The position numbers and the translations under genes were made by a program. DNA of 64,000 nucleotides from assembly GCA_902555055.1 (NCBI GenBank), contig CACDQN010000004.1:11514-75513 (forward strand). Reading direction: 5' to 3'. Position 1 is the first letter of the stretch; the number at the start of each line of letters is the position of its first letter. The notes under the pieces were generated by a model. That model saw only the letters and a program-made list of their open reading frames with translations. It did no database searches and was not told the DNA's origin. Shown here piece after piece: positions 11,031 through 20,648 of the stretch. The stretch comes from an uncultured Candidatus Actinomarina sp. (GTDB lineage Bacteria > Actinomycetota > Acidimicrobiia > Actinomarinales > Actinomarinaceae).

Positions 11031-12410
11031 TTATATTGGTTTCAACTTTGCAGTAAAGTGTCGTAGTAATTCTGGTTGTTCAGTCACTTCATAACCTTTA
11101 AGAGTTTCTTTTCTTTCAGCTAACTTTTCCAATACCTCTGCTACATAATCAAAATGGCTTTGAGTATAAGTTCTTCTGGGAGCAGCAAGTCTTACTAGCT
11201 CATGCGTTGCTGGTGTGTCAGGTTTGCCATCTTTACCTGCAACCCCAAATGCAAGCGTTCCTAGCTCAACAGCCCTAACACCTCCAAGTAAATATATTTC
11301 ACAAGCAATCGAATGTCCTGGATATTCATGTGGTGGTATATGGGGCAAAAAAGTTTTTGCATCAATATATAAAGCATGACCACCTGCAGGCTGAACGACT
11401 GGAATTCCAAAACTTAAGGCTTTTTCACCAAGGTAAGATATTGATCGGGCTCTATATTCTAAATAGTTCCTATCGGTTATCTCTTTCAAGCCTTGTGCTA
11501 AAGCATCTAAATCTCTGCCTGCAAGACCGCCATATGTAGGAAATCCTTCAGTGAGTATTAATAAATTTCTTGCTGCTTCAGCAAGTGCATCATCATTTAG
11601 TGCAAGAAGGCCACCAATGTTACCAAATCCATCTTTTTTTAGACTTATTGTGCAACCATCAGCTAATCTAAAAGCCTCTTTCGTAATATCTCTAATTTCT
11701 ACATCTTTATATTCTTCTTCTCTTTGTGATACAAACCAAGCATTTTCCGCAAAACGACAAGCATCAAGCAGAAACATTTTATTATATTTTTCGCAAAGGG
11801 CTTTAACCTTTTTTAGATTATCCATAGATACTGGCTGCCCACCACCTGTATTATTTGTTATTGTCATCAATACAAAAGGAACTTTATCACTATCTTTTCC
11901 TGACAATAAAGCTTCCAATTTTTCTAGATCAATATTTCCTTTGAACGGAGACGGGGATAAAAGATCTAACCCTTCTTCACAGAGTAAATCAATTGGGTTT
12001 GCCTGAGCGAATTCAAAATTTGCTCTAGTAGTGTCAAAATGACTGTTGCTAGGAATAATATCACCCTCTTTTAATGTTATAGTTGCTAATATTTTCTCAC
12101 TTGCTCTTCCTTGATGAGTTGGAATTATGTGCTTGTATCCAGTTAGGTCAGAGACTACTTCATGAAACCTTTGCCAAGAATGTGAACCAGCATAAGCTTC
12201 GTCACCTCGCATTATTGCTGCCCATTGCTCAGAAGACATTGATCCAGTTCCTGAATCAGTAAGAAGATCAATTGTCACTTCTTGAGACTTAAGACCAAAT
12301 ACATTCCAATGCTCGCGTTCTAAAAATTCTTTTCTCTGTTCCGGGGTGGTAATTGGTAGAGATTCAACAGACTTTATTTTAAATGGCTCTATTATCGTTT
12401 TGAATTCCAT
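11031..12410 (-). CDS. tnaA: Beta-eliminating lyase (tryptophanase / tyrosine phenol-lyase family)
   Basis: 459 aa. LLTDSGTGSMS. PLP-lysine block ISLKKDGFGNIGGLL resembles the tryptophanase SAKKD..GG block. Substrate (Trp versus Tyr) is not resolvable by eye. Confidence 0.8.
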   Translation of the reverse strand: MEFKTIIEPFKIKSVESLPITTPEQRKEFLEREHWNVFGLKSQEVTIDLLTDSGTGSMSSEQWAAIMRGDEAYAGSHSWQRFHEVVSDLTGYKHIIPTHQGRASEKILATITLKEGDIIPSNSHFDTTRANFEFAQANPIDLLCEEGLDLLSPSPFKGNIDLEKLEALLSGKDSDKVPFVLMTITNNTGGGQPVSMDNLKKVKALCEKYNKMFLLDACRFAENAWFVSQREEEYKDVEIRDITKEAFRLADGCTISLKKDGFGNIGGLLALNDDALAEAARNLLILTEGFPTYGGLAGRDLDALAQGLKEITDRNYLEYRARSISYLGEKALSFGIPVVQPAGGHALYIDAKTFLPHIPPHEYPGHSIACEIYLLGGVRAVELGTLAFGVAGKDGKPDTPATHELVRLAAPRRTYTQSHFDYVAEVLEKLAERKETLKGYEVTEQPELLRHFTAKLKPI

Positions 12411-12452
12411 AGAAGAATTGTAACTAATGATTTTTCAGATATCATAATCTTT

Positions 12453-12929
12453 ATGGTTGAAATTCATAAAACTGTTGCAAAAGTTTTAGAAACTCATAAA
12501 GATGAGTTAGAGATTTTTGAATGTCTTGATGAGTTTTCAGATACTCAAAATTTCTCTGAACACTACGGCTTTGACATTGAAGATGCTTGTAACGCAATTT
12601 TAATTAAATCCAAAAAACCTCAGGAATTCTTTGCAATGTTCTGTGTCCTAGGATCAAGTAGATTAGATGTAAATCATAAAGCTAAAGCTGCCATTGAATC
12701 AAAAAAAGTGAGTTTTGCATCTAAAGAGGAGGCGGAAGATATAACCTTACAAACCTATGGAGGCATAAGTCCTCTGGGCTTACCTGAAGAAATAAAAATA
12801 TTTGTTGATGAAAAAGTGTTAAATAGAGAAAAAGTTTTTATTGGTGCTGGTAATAGGGTTTCAAAATTTTTTCTATCACCAGAGACATTAATTAAGCTTA
12901 CAAACGCAACTGTTCTAGATTTAACTTAA
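12453..12929 (+). CDS. YbaK/ProX-type aminoacyl-tRNA editing domain protein
   Basis: 158 aa. GGISPLGLPEEIKIFVDEKVL and FIGAGNRV resemble YbaK/EbsC-family motifs. Confidence 0.7.
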   Translation: MVEIHKTVAKVLETHKDELEIFECLDEFSDTQNFSEHYGFDIEDACNAILIKSKKPQEFFAMFCVLGSSRLDVNHKAKAAIESKKVSFASKEEAEDITLQTYGGISPLGLPEEIKIFVDEKVLNREKVFIGAGNRVSKFFLSPETLIKLTNATVLDLT

Positions 12930-13364
12930 TCCAGATCTACATAAGCTTGCAGCTTGAGGTAGCAATGCTTTACCATTAAACCCTGGGATTCTACCGCCTT
13001 GCAAATAAGTACTTAAAGTTCCTTTAATACCTTCAAATTGATCGGGTTCAATAGTTTGTGGCTCAAGAAGAATTTGTAAGTTATCTGGAAGTCTCTCCTC
13101 AAGAAATTCTCTTTGATAGCTGTCTAATTCTTGAACATATTCAGAAAGTAGATTTATAGAGACTTCATAGCTATCAATCACATCGATACAATTCTCGTAT
13201 TCTATTTTGGTAAGTGGACTTGTGTCAACATCGTAATCAGCTCTGTATTGAAAAAATAAAATTAAGACTGTGAATATCAATAGGGTATAAAACAAGAATT
13301 TAAATGGAAGTAAAATAATTTTTTTTACAGGCCAAAAAATAATTTTAAATAATCTTTTAAACAT
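12921..13364 (-). CDS. Hypothetical membrane-anchored protein
   Basis: 147-aa ORF with an N-terminal TM (ILLPFKFLFYTLLIFTVLILFF). No family recognised. Confidence 0.5.
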   Translation of the reverse strand: MFKRLFKIIFWPVKKIILLPFKFLFYTLLIFTVLILFFQYRADYDVDTSPLTKIEYENCIDVIDSYEVSINLLSEYVQELDSYQREFLEERLPDNLQILLEPQTIEPDQFEGIKGTLSTYLQGGRIPGFNGKALLPQAASLCRSGLS

Positions 13365-13371
13365 ATATTTT

Positions 13372-14166
13372 TTAGTTTAATGCTATGACGAGACACTGGC
13401 ATGCTCCACCAGATTTAAGAAATTCAGATACATCTGCAACTTCTGCTTGTAAACCAAGTTTTTCTATTGTACTGATTGCTTCAATATCTTCACTGGGGAA
13501 AATTACTGTATTTTCTACCACGACTGCATTGCAAGCTAACTTATTAGCATCATGTTCTGTTACTGGAATTAAATTGAACAGGCTTTGAAAACTGCTTAAT
13601 GATTTATCTACAAAAGCATCAGGATAAAAAATGGCGTCTCCTGAAGGAAGGTTTTGAAAACAAGTATCTAAATGATAAAATTTCTCCTGAGCTAGCTCAA
13701 CAATGACAGGTTCTAATTCAAACGCATCAGCTATGTACAATAATGCGTCTTTGTCACTTCTTATTCCATATGAGCCAACCAAGTAATCTCCATAAACAAA
13801 TGCATCTCCCCTTCCCTCAAATTTAAATTCAGAAGGTATCCGACTTACGTTGTAACCGTTGTCTTTAAACCAGTTACTGTAAAGCTCTTCCTCTCCTCTT
13901 CTTTCTTCAAATCTAAAATTTGCAATGAGTACATCATTTTTATTAATTATTCCTGAGTTTGCTGTAAATACTAAATCTGGATAATTTTCATTTGGTGGAA
14001 CAACTTTTACTTCTGCACCAGCATTTTCAATTGTTGATTTTAGATTTTCCCACTGGTGCTTAGCCAGTTCTAAATCTATTTGAGTTCCGCTTACCATCCA
14101 TGGATTAATTGAATACTCTACCTTAAAATACTCAGGTGAACTCATTAAAATCTGTGTTTGAGACAT
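13372..14166 (-). CDS. Amidinotransferase / dimethylarginine dimethylaminohydrolase-like (guanidino-group modifying) enzyme
   Basis: 264 aa. N-terminal PEYFKVEYSINPWM and C-terminal GGACQCL with a catalytic-type Cys, as in the amidinotransferase superfamily. Confidence 0.65.
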   Translation of the reverse strand: MSQTQILMSSPEYFKVEYSINPWMVSGTQIDLELAKHQWENLKSTIENAGAEVKVVPPNENYPDLVFTANSGIINKNDVLIANFRFEERRGEEELYSNWFKDNGYNVSRIPSEFKFEGRGDAFVYGDYLVGSYGIRSDKDALLYIADAFELEPVIVELAQEKFYHLDTCFQNLPSGDAIFYPDAFVDKSLSSFQSLFNLIPVTEHDANKLACNAVVVENTVIFPSEDIEAISTIEKLGLQAEVADVSEFLKSGGACQCLVIALN

Positions 14167-14210
14167 AGGACTAGTTTACATTTTTATACATTAAATGTAT
14201 ATTCCTAGGT

Positions 14211-14729
14211 ATGAAAGATTTTATATTTGAACCTATAAATACAAATACTATTCAAAAATGTCATGAGTTGAATGAGAAAAATGTTCCTAATGTGGGTTCT
14301 AGATCATTAAAAGGATTAACTAATTCATTAGAAAATTCTGACTACAGTGAATGTATTCTTTTTAGGGATCAAGTAGTTGGATTTGTAATCTGTTTTTTAG
14401 ATAGTGAAATAACTAAATCATATATGGAGCAAATAGACCACAAAAACTTTAGAGAAATTAGTAACAGGGTTAGTAACTTTTTATACATTGACAGAATTGC
14501 AGTAGATATAGAATATAGAAATAAGAAATTAGGTAGTCAGCTTTATTCAAATATAGTTGATTTTTCTAAAAATAACTCTATCACAAGTTTGACTGCAGAA
14601 ATTAACTTATTGCCATCAATAAATATTTCATCTTTTGAATTTCACAAAAAATTTAATTTTTACGAAATTGATACTGTTAAATACTCTGAAGATTATGAAG
14701 TATCACTACAAAAGAAAGAAATAAATTAG
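14211..14729 (+). CDS. GNAT family N-acetyltransferase
   Basis: IDRIAVDIEYRNKKLGSQLY matches the GNAT motif A (R/Q-x-x-G-x-G/A-like). Confidence 0.75.
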   Translation: MKDFIFEPINTNTIQKCHELNEKNVPNVGSRSLKGLTNSLENSDYSECILFRDQVVGFVICFLDSEITKSYMEQIDHKNFREISNRVSNFLYIDRIAVDIEYRNKKLGSQLYSNIVDFSKNNSITSLTAEINLLPSINISSFEFHKKFNFYEIDTVKYSEDYEVSLQKKEIN

Positions 14730-14742
14730 TTAGAATACATTT

Positions 14743-15024
14743 ATGCAATTTGAACTTCCAAGAAGACATAGAAAAAGTTTTGAAGTAACTACAAGAAAAA
14801 AGTTGAGTGAAAAATTTAATAAATCTGAATCAATAGAATTATTTGAAGTTATTAAAAAAGAGTATAAAAATAGTCCTCCAACATTTGGCTCATCCTCTGG
14901 TAAAAAGGAATCCCTACTGGAACTTCTTATTATTACGGGCAACCAAATAGCAAATGAGTATAAGGACTGTGATGTAGTTATGACACAGGGTATCCCAGAA
15001 ATTAAAAAAGTTAGAACATCATGA
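14743..15024 (+). CDS. Hypothetical small basic protein
   Basis: 93-aa ORF. Its stop overlaps the next gene start (ATGA). Preferred over the antisense 70-aa ORF because of this coupling. Confidence 0.4.
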   Translation: MQFELPRRHRKSFEVTTRKKLSEKFNKSESIELFEVIKKEYKNSPPTFGSSSGKKESLLELLIITGNQIANEYKDCDVVMTQGIPEIKKVRTS

Positions 15025-16007
15025 CAAAGTTAATTATTGATGCAGATACAGGCTCTGATGATGCAGTTGCAATTTTAATGGCGTATCGAAACCTATCAGA
15101 AAAAGATATCCTTGGTGTAACTGTTGTTTCAGGAAATGTGCCCCTTGAACAAGGTCTTTTAAATACTATTTTTGTAAACGAACTTTGTGATGTAAGCGTT
15201 CCTATTTATAGAGGAGCTAGCAAACCCTTAGAAAGAGATTACGTAGAAGTATATAAAACAGATGAAGCGAACAAAATCGCTCTGAGCTATGAAAACTATT
15301 CTACTTCAGCTCAACATGTTCATGGAGTTGATGGACTTGGTGATATTGGAATTAAACCTGAAGGAAATAATATTGAAAAAGAAACTGCACAGGAGTTTTA
15401 CTCAATGGTGTTAGATAGTGAAGAGGAAGTTGAAATTGTTACGCTTGGTCCTTTAACAAATATTGCAGAACTTGTAAGAAATAATTCAGATAAGCTTTCA
15501 AAAATAAAACACTGCTACATTATGGGTGGCAGCTCAAATGCTCTTGGTAATGTGACAAAATTTGCTGAATATAATTTCTGGGTTGATCCTGAAGCAGCAG
15601 ACATTGTGCTCAATTCTGGAATTCCTATAACAGTCATTGGTTGGGACCCATCTTTATATGATGCAATGATTGATTCAGATAAGATTAAAGAAATAGACGC
15701 AATTGGAACAAAGTATTCAACATTCACTAATGATATTCAAGTTGTCCTTAGGGAAATGATGAAAGATATATTTGGAACTGATAGTTATGACCTACCTGAT
15801 CCTTTGGCTATGGCTGTTTATTTAGACAATGATATTATCAGTGAATCTGTAGAAGTTAATGTTCGTGTTGATACAAGAGATGGAATGACAAGAGGAGGTT
15901 GTATTCTTGATTTTCTTAATCTTGAACCTGACGCTCCTAAAGTACGTGTTGTACAACGATGTCACGGAGATAAATTTTACAGCCTTTTAAAACAAAGTCT
16001 TACTTAG
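15021..16007 (+). CDS. Inosine/uridine-preferring nucleoside hydrolase
   Basis: The N-terminal IIDADTGSDDAVAILMA is the DxDxxxDD nucleoside hydrolase fingerprint. 328 aa. Confidence 0.9.
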   Translation: MTKLIIDADTGSDDAVAILMAYRNLSEKDILGVTVVSGNVPLEQGLLNTIFVNELCDVSVPIYRGASKPLERDYVEVYKTDEANKIALSYENYSTSAQHVHGVDGLGDIGIKPEGNNIEKETAQEFYSMVLDSEEEVEIVTLGPLTNIAELVRNNSDKLSKIKHCYIMGGSSNALGNVTKFAEYNFWVDPEAADIVLNSGIPITVIGWDPSLYDAMIDSDKIKEIDAIGTKYSTFTNDIQVVLREMMKDIFGTDSYDLPDPLAMAVYLDNDIISESVEVNVRVDTRDGMTRGGCILDFLNLEPDAPKVRVVQRCHGDKFYSLLKQSLT

Positions 16008-16612
16008 TGATTTCAAGTAGTTCAACAATTGAATTTCTCATTCTGCAAATAAGTGTAGCTTTTAGTCCGGGTCTGATAATTGCCTTAATAGTAAATGAGT
16101 CAGTACAAAAAAGTAGAAAAAATGGATTACAAGTAGCAGCTGGTGCAGCGACTGGAGCAGTTTTTATAACTTTAATTACCGCAACTGTCGTTGCATTTGT
16201 ATTCAATTTGATTCCAGGAATACTGACTTCCATTTACATAGTCGGAATAATTTATATCATATACAAAGGAGTCAAAACAATTCGAGCTGAAATTGAGATA
16301 GATGCTCCTAAAGTGACTTCAGAATCATTTAAAGCTGGCATGAAGTTAAATCTACTTAATCCAAAAATGTGGGTTTTTTATTTATCAGTTTTGCCAATAT
16401 TTGTCGAAAGTGAATCAAGCGTATTTCAATCACTCATTTATTTAGGAACTTTAACTATTGGAGTAAATCTTGTTGCTGACATTACATATGCGTTTTTAAG
16501 TAGTTATTTTTTTGGTAGCTCATCATTAAAATCGAAAAAGTTAATAAATAACGTAAGCGGGTTTTGTCTTATTCTTATTGGAGCTTATTTATTTTTCAGT
16601 AGATTCTTCTGA
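16007..16612 (+). CDS. LysE/RhtB family amino-acid exporter
   Basis: 201 aa, about 6 TM. SPGLII near the N-terminus and NLLNPKMWVFYLSVLP resemble LysE-family motifs. GTG start overlaps the upstream TAG. Confidence 0.75.
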   Translation: MISSSSTIEFLILQISVAFSPGLIIALIVNESVQKSRKNGLQVAAGAATGAVFITLITATVVAFVFNLIPGILTSIYIVGIIYIIYKGVKTIRAEIEIDAPKVTSESFKAGMKLNLLNPKMWVFYLSVLPIFVESESSVFQSLIYLGTLTIGVNLVADITYAFLSSYFFGSSSLKSKKLINNVSGFCLILIGAYLFFSRFF

Positions 16613-17542
16613 GTCTTCTGCTACTTCTGATTTATCATCTTTAAATAACTCTGAAATTGCACCAATACTGCCAAGTGTTGCTGAGAGATCCGCTGGTAAG
16701 AATATCTTTGTTGCATTTCCTTCTGCAACTTTTTCAAGTGACTCTAGATATTTAATTGCAATTAAATCATTTGTAGGGTCACCTTTATGAATAGCGGCAA
16801 ATACTTTTTCAATTGCTTCAGATTCACCCTCAGCTATTGCAATTTTTTCATACTTTTGTGCATCTGCAACTTGTTTCAAAGCCTCGGCCTCACCATTTGC
16901 ATCCAAGACTTGAGACTCTTTTCTACCTTCAGCAGAAAGGATTGCAGCTCTTTTTTCACCTTCAGCTTCTGTAACAGCAGCTCTTCTATCTCTTTCAGCT
17001 TTCATAACTTTATTCATTGCATCTTGGACATCTTGTGGTGGGTCGACTCTCTGAATTTCAACCCTAACAACCCTGGTTCCCCATTTGTCGGTAGCCTCAT
17101 CTAAAATAAGTTTTAGTTGAGTATTGATAGTTTCCCTAGATGTCAAAGCTGCATCTAACTCAAGGTCACCAACAACATTTCTTAAGTTTGTTTGAGCTAA
17201 TTTAGTTGCTGCTTGAATGAAGTCTCCAACATTGTATACAAGCTTTTTAGGATCTGTTGGCTCATAGTAAATTACGGCGTCAACAGTAATTGTCACGTTA
17301 TCTTTAGTAATAACTTCTTGTGGTGGAACATCAATGACCTGCTCCCTCATGTCAACAATAATAATTCTTTCAAGACCTGGAATAACAATATTTAGACCGG
17401 GTGTTGCCTGTCTGTTGTATTTACCCAATCTTTCAACAAGACCAGTTTCGAATGGTCTAATAATTCTAAAAATTCTAAAAAGTATTACTCCGAGTAGTAC
17501 GATTACTACTACCCATCTAACTAAACCAAAAATAACATCCAT
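16589..17542 (-). CDS. SPFH/band-7 (stomatin-like) protein
   Basis: 317 aa. N-terminal TM, an SPFH core (FRIIRPFETGLVERLGKY, VDAVIYY) and a C-terminal Ala/Glu-rich coiled coil. Confidence 0.9.
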   Translation of the reverse strand: MDVIFGLVRWVVVIVLLGVILFRIFRIIRPFETGLVERLGKYNRQATPGLNIVIPGLERIIIVDMREQVIDVPPQEVITKDNVTITVDAVIYYEPTDPKKLVYNVGDFIQAATKLAQTNLRNVVGDLELDAALTSRETINTQLKLILDEATDKWGTRVVRVEIQRVDPPQDVQDAMNKVMKAERDRRAAVTEAEGEKRAAILSAEGRKESQVLDANGEAEALKQVADAQKYEKIAIAEGESEAIEKVFAAIHKGDPTNDLIAIKYLESLEKVAEGNATKIFLPADLSATLGSIGAISELFKDDKSEVAEDSEESTEK

Positions 17543-17551
17543 AGCTATATC

Positions 17552-17995
17552 CTAACCTTCCTTCGTTTGTACTTCTAATTTTGTACCATTTACATTTTTG
17601 ACCTCTACGACTGTATCAGCAGGAATACGTTGGTCTATTGAAACAACCTGCCAATCATCACCGAAAACATGTTGGGATATAGATGTGTAAGGATCTAATT
17701 CAGCAGTTGAAATAAACGACTTACCAATATATTTGTTTGTACCCTCATTGAAATTTTGAGACTTACTAGATTTATTTTTCTTAGGGCCGAATATTTTTAT
17801 AGATATATAAACACCTACAATACTAAAAACAACAAAAGTACCTAGTTGAATATTTTGATTATCTGAAACAAGGGAGACAAGGCCAGCAAAAAATGATCCT
17901 ATTGCAAAAGGCAGCATAAAAAAAGTTGTGACTAGAAGTTCAGCAAGTAAAAGAACAGCGGCTGCAATAAACCATATCTGTGTCATGGTGACCAT
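17552..17995 (-). CDS. NfeD family membrane protein
   Basis: 147 aa. Hydrophobic N-terminal half plus a small C-terminal soluble domain. Lies directly upstream of the SPFH gene, the classical NfeD-SPFH pairing. Confidence 0.75.
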   Translation of the reverse strand: MVTMTQIWFIAAAVLLLAELLVTTFFMLPFAIGSFFAGLVSLVSDNQNIQLGTFVVFSIVGVYISIKIFGPKKNKSSKSQNFNEGTNKYIGKSFISTAELDPYTSISQHVFGDDWQVVSIDQRIPADTVVEVKNVNGTKLEVQTKEG

Positions 17996-18364
17996 TTAAT
18001 TTTCTTGTTCTTCCTTTTCAATCTGTTCTTGTTCAAATCTATTTAAAGCCAATAAAAACATGATGAATAAAATTGTGGAACCTATAAGAAATGTTAGTGG
18101 GAGGATTCTTATCTCAAAAGCATTCAGGCCATCAATACTTGCTGGAGCTGGACCTCTTGGAGCATAAAGTAAAAACAAAATCGAATTAATTACTAACCAG
18201 CCAAATGTGCCAGCACCTGTTATCAAAAATGCTAATCTCTTACCTACATTTGTAGCATTAAGTAAAAATGTAGAGCCTAAGAATACAACCAAAGAGCCGG
18301 CGAACATAATAATTCCGGTAACTGTTAAGTTAGATGAAAGTAGTGATCTCATTATTTCACGCAT
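17996..18364 (-). CDS. Hypothetical 4-TM membrane protein in the respiratory operon
   Basis: 122 aa. Its ATG overlaps the cytochrome c stop (ATGCGTGA), and its stop abuts the NfeD start. Confidence 0.55.
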   Translation of the reverse strand: MREIMRSLLSSNLTVTGIIMFAGSLVVFLGSTFLLNATNVGKRLAFLITGAGTFGWLVINSILFLLYAPRGPAPASIDGLNAFEIRILPLTFLIGSTILFIMFLLALNRFEQEQIEKEEQEN

Positions 18365-19781
18365 CTTGTTTCAATCCTCTCAAATAATCAATAATCAAAG
18401 CGATGTCAGATTCTGGCAGTACTGCACCAAATCCGGGCATTTTACCTCCACCTACTCCGTTAACTCCGTAAGCTTTACCATTAACAGAGCCCTTAACAAT
18501 AAAGTCTATCATGTCTTCTCTTTGCTTAAACTGAATATTGGCTCTTCCAGCTCTTAAAGCAGGTCCTAAACCTCCAGAACCTATTTCTTTTGTATAAGCA
18601 ACGCCTGCAGAATAACCTGCGGTGTGACACCTAGCACAATAAGCATTAAACAATCCTATAGCTCTTTTAGCCTTGTCAATATCACCATCGAAAGTAGAGT
18701 CAGCAATCTCTTCAAAAGATACTTCCCAGAGTTTTTCTTCAAGAGCTTTTTCTAAAAATGCTAAGCCTGTCTCAGCTTCACCTAAGAATTTATCATATCC
18801 ATCTGCAACAATTCTTATATTGATAAGCTCTGATTCAAGCTGAGATAGAAATCCGTTTGCAACAGATTTATCTTTTCTTCCAGGAATTGACTCTTCATTA
18901 TCTGGATCTAAATTAAGTATTGAAGTACCAAGAACCTCATTAATATTTGCACTATAAGTAGATATATCAACCTCAACTGAGTCTGTTAAACCATCTTCAT
19001 CAGTATCAATACCACCTTCTTTAGAAAGTAAGGCTGAAACATCAGTTACTGCTTTTTCTAAAACTGGTAATTTAGAAGGGGCGTCTTTGACACTTTGAAT
19101 TAATTCTTTTTGTCTAGCAATTTCATTTTCAACTAAGAGTTCAGAAGTTTCGAGTCTTAGTAAAGAGCTGTTTATACTCATTTCGATAGTAGACAGTTCA
19201 TCATTTTGAGAAATTTGGAAGTGATGGAGGTATTCAATCAAATCATCTAGTTGTCCATCATTCATTGGACCACCTCCGTCTAGACCCCAGGCAGGCATAG
19301 GAGAGTTTGCTCTTCCCCAAATAAGCCAGTATCTTACTTCTTCATCATCGTATCTGTAGAAAACATTGTTAATAGCTGGAGCTTCCCATGTTACGTTTAT
19401 GCCACTTCTTTTTTCAACGTAAGATGCAGCACCTCCAGAGCCATCAACGCCGTGACAATTTCCACAACCAAACTCTTCATATAGGTGCTCTCCACGTTCT
19501 ATAGAAACTTCATCAAACTCTTCAACAAATCCTTCTTGTCTTGTCTCTTCTCCAAGGTAGTAAAGAGGAATCATGATTGTTAGAAGTGATGCAACTAAAA
19601 CGGCTACAGTTAAAGTTCTATCAAGAGTTTTAGTTTCTAAGTCATCATCAGTTCTGTATTTTGTTAAGTTTGGTGCATAATCTGAAACTTTTCCGGAGCC
19701 TCTAAAACCGGCAGAAACAAAAAAAGCAAGACCGCCAGTTAAGCCTAACGCAATAAGTGTAATGAGAATTGAACTACTCAC
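18357..19781 (-). CDS. Membrane-anchored dihaem c-type cytochrome (QcrC-like, enlarged)
   Basis: Two CxxCH motifs (CGNCH, CARCH), each followed by a Met-Pro block (SPMPAWG, GKMPGFG). N-terminal TM. A long non-haem insert separates the two haem domains. Confidence 0.85.
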   Translation of the reverse strand: MSSSILITLIALGLTGGLAFFVSAGFRGSGKVSDYAPNLTKYRTDDDLETKTLDRTLTVAVLVASLLTIMIPLYYLGEETRQEGFVEEFDEVSIERGEHLYEEFGCGNCHGVDGSGGAASYVEKRSGINVTWEAPAINNVFYRYDDEEVRYWLIWGRANSPMPAWGLDGGGPMNDGQLDDLIEYLHHFQISQNDELSTIEMSINSSLLRLETSELLVENEIARQKELIQSVKDAPSKLPVLEKAVTDVSALLSKEGGIDTDEDGLTDSVEVDISTYSANINEVLGTSILNLDPDNEESIPGRKDKSVANGFLSQLESELINIRIVADGYDKFLGEAETGLAFLEKALEEKLWEVSFEEIADSTFDGDIDKAKRAIGLFNAYCARCHTAGYSAGVAYTKEIGSGGLGPALRAGRANIQFKQREDMIDFIVKGSVNGKAYGVNGVGGGKMPGFGAVLPESDIALIIDYLRGLKQDA

Positions 19782-19784
19782 TTA

Positions 19785-20648
19785 TTATTCCTCTGTAGTT
19801 AAAGCTATACAAGATAAGCCTTGAGGGTATTTAACAGACATACCTGGAGCTCTAGGTGATTCAATAATTGTTCCTGTGTCAATAATGAATCTTCCGTTTA
19901 CATTTGAAACATTAAACCTATCTAAATTTCTAGGGGCAGGTCCAGCAAAATATTCTCCTACCATGTTGTATTTTGAACCATGACATGGACACTCAAATCC
20001 TTGAGATGAATTACACCAGGGCACCCTACATCCAAGATGAACACATCTTTGATAAACAGCTACTAAACCATCTGCAACTGTTGAGCCAGATGAAAATTGA
20101 GAATTAGCAGCAGCAGTTTGATCTAATGGAAGAACATAAGCTCTTGCAGATGGAATAAAAGCTGGAATGACTGATCCATCAGCTTGAAATAATTGATCTT
20201 TAATTTCTTCAATTGAGCCCGCATCAATTTTAGAACCAAAGCCTCCTGAGACTTTTGGCCATAAAAATCCAAGCCATGAAATTGCTTGAATACCTGCAAA
20301 AGCTCCAAAAGAAATTCTCAGAGCTTTAGTTAAAAACTGTCTTCTTGTTACTCCAGCTTCCTCTTCAGATATTTCTTCATAGATAACCTTCTCTTCAAGC
20401 TTTACAGCACCATCGGACTCCCCAGCTGGTTCTTCAATCTCATCAACTACTGTCTCTGTTTCACCTTTAGGTAAGTCTGGTTCAAGAAAATTAGTTTGTG
20501 ATTTATCTTCTTTTAAAGCTTTTTTATCAACATTCTTTTTCCAATTAAGATTTTTTGGTCCACGTCCTGTAACTATAACGACAATACCAATAATGCTTAG
20601 TAGTCCTACTGCAGTAAAAGCTGCAAAAGATAACTGAACTATACTCAT
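19785..20648 (-). CDS. Rieske [2Fe-2S] subunit of a bc-type complex
   Basis: CVHLGC and CPCHGS boxes. Internal twin-arginine motif [10 protein letters not shown] preceded by an extra TM and an acidic linker. The probable ATG at 20648 forms an ATGA overlap with the upstream gene (the track uses a TTG at 20663). Confidence 0.9.
   Translation of the reverse strand: MSIVQLSFAAFTAVGLLSIIGIVVIVTGRGPKNLNWKKNVDKKALKEDKSQTNFLEPDLPKGETETVVDEIEEPAGESDGAVKLEEKVIYEEISEEEAGVTRRQFLTKALRISFGAFAGIQAISWLGFLWPKVSGGFGSKIDAGSIEEIKDQLFQADGSVIPAFIPSARAYVLPLDQTAAANSQFSSGSTVADGLVAVYQRCVHLGCRVPWCNSSQGFECPCHGSKYNMVGEYFAGPAPRNLDRFNVSNVNGRFIIDTGTIIESPRAPGMSVKYPQGLSCIALTTEE

Noticed and set aside
11330-12006. Plus-strand ORFs 11330-11539 and 11551-12006 inside the tryptophanase-like gene.
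   Set aside because: Antisense shadow ORFs. The minus-strand product has the PLP-lyase motifs.
14730-14942. Minus-strand 70-aa ORF.
   Set aside because: It competes with the plus-strand 93-aa ORF, which is translationally coupled (ATGA) to the nucleoside hydrolase gene. Neither has a recognisable family, so only the coupled one is listed, at low confidence.
16787-17555. Three plus-strand ORFs (105, 60 and 73 aa) across the SPFH gene.
   Set aside because: Antisense to a well-supported SPFH/band-7 gene.
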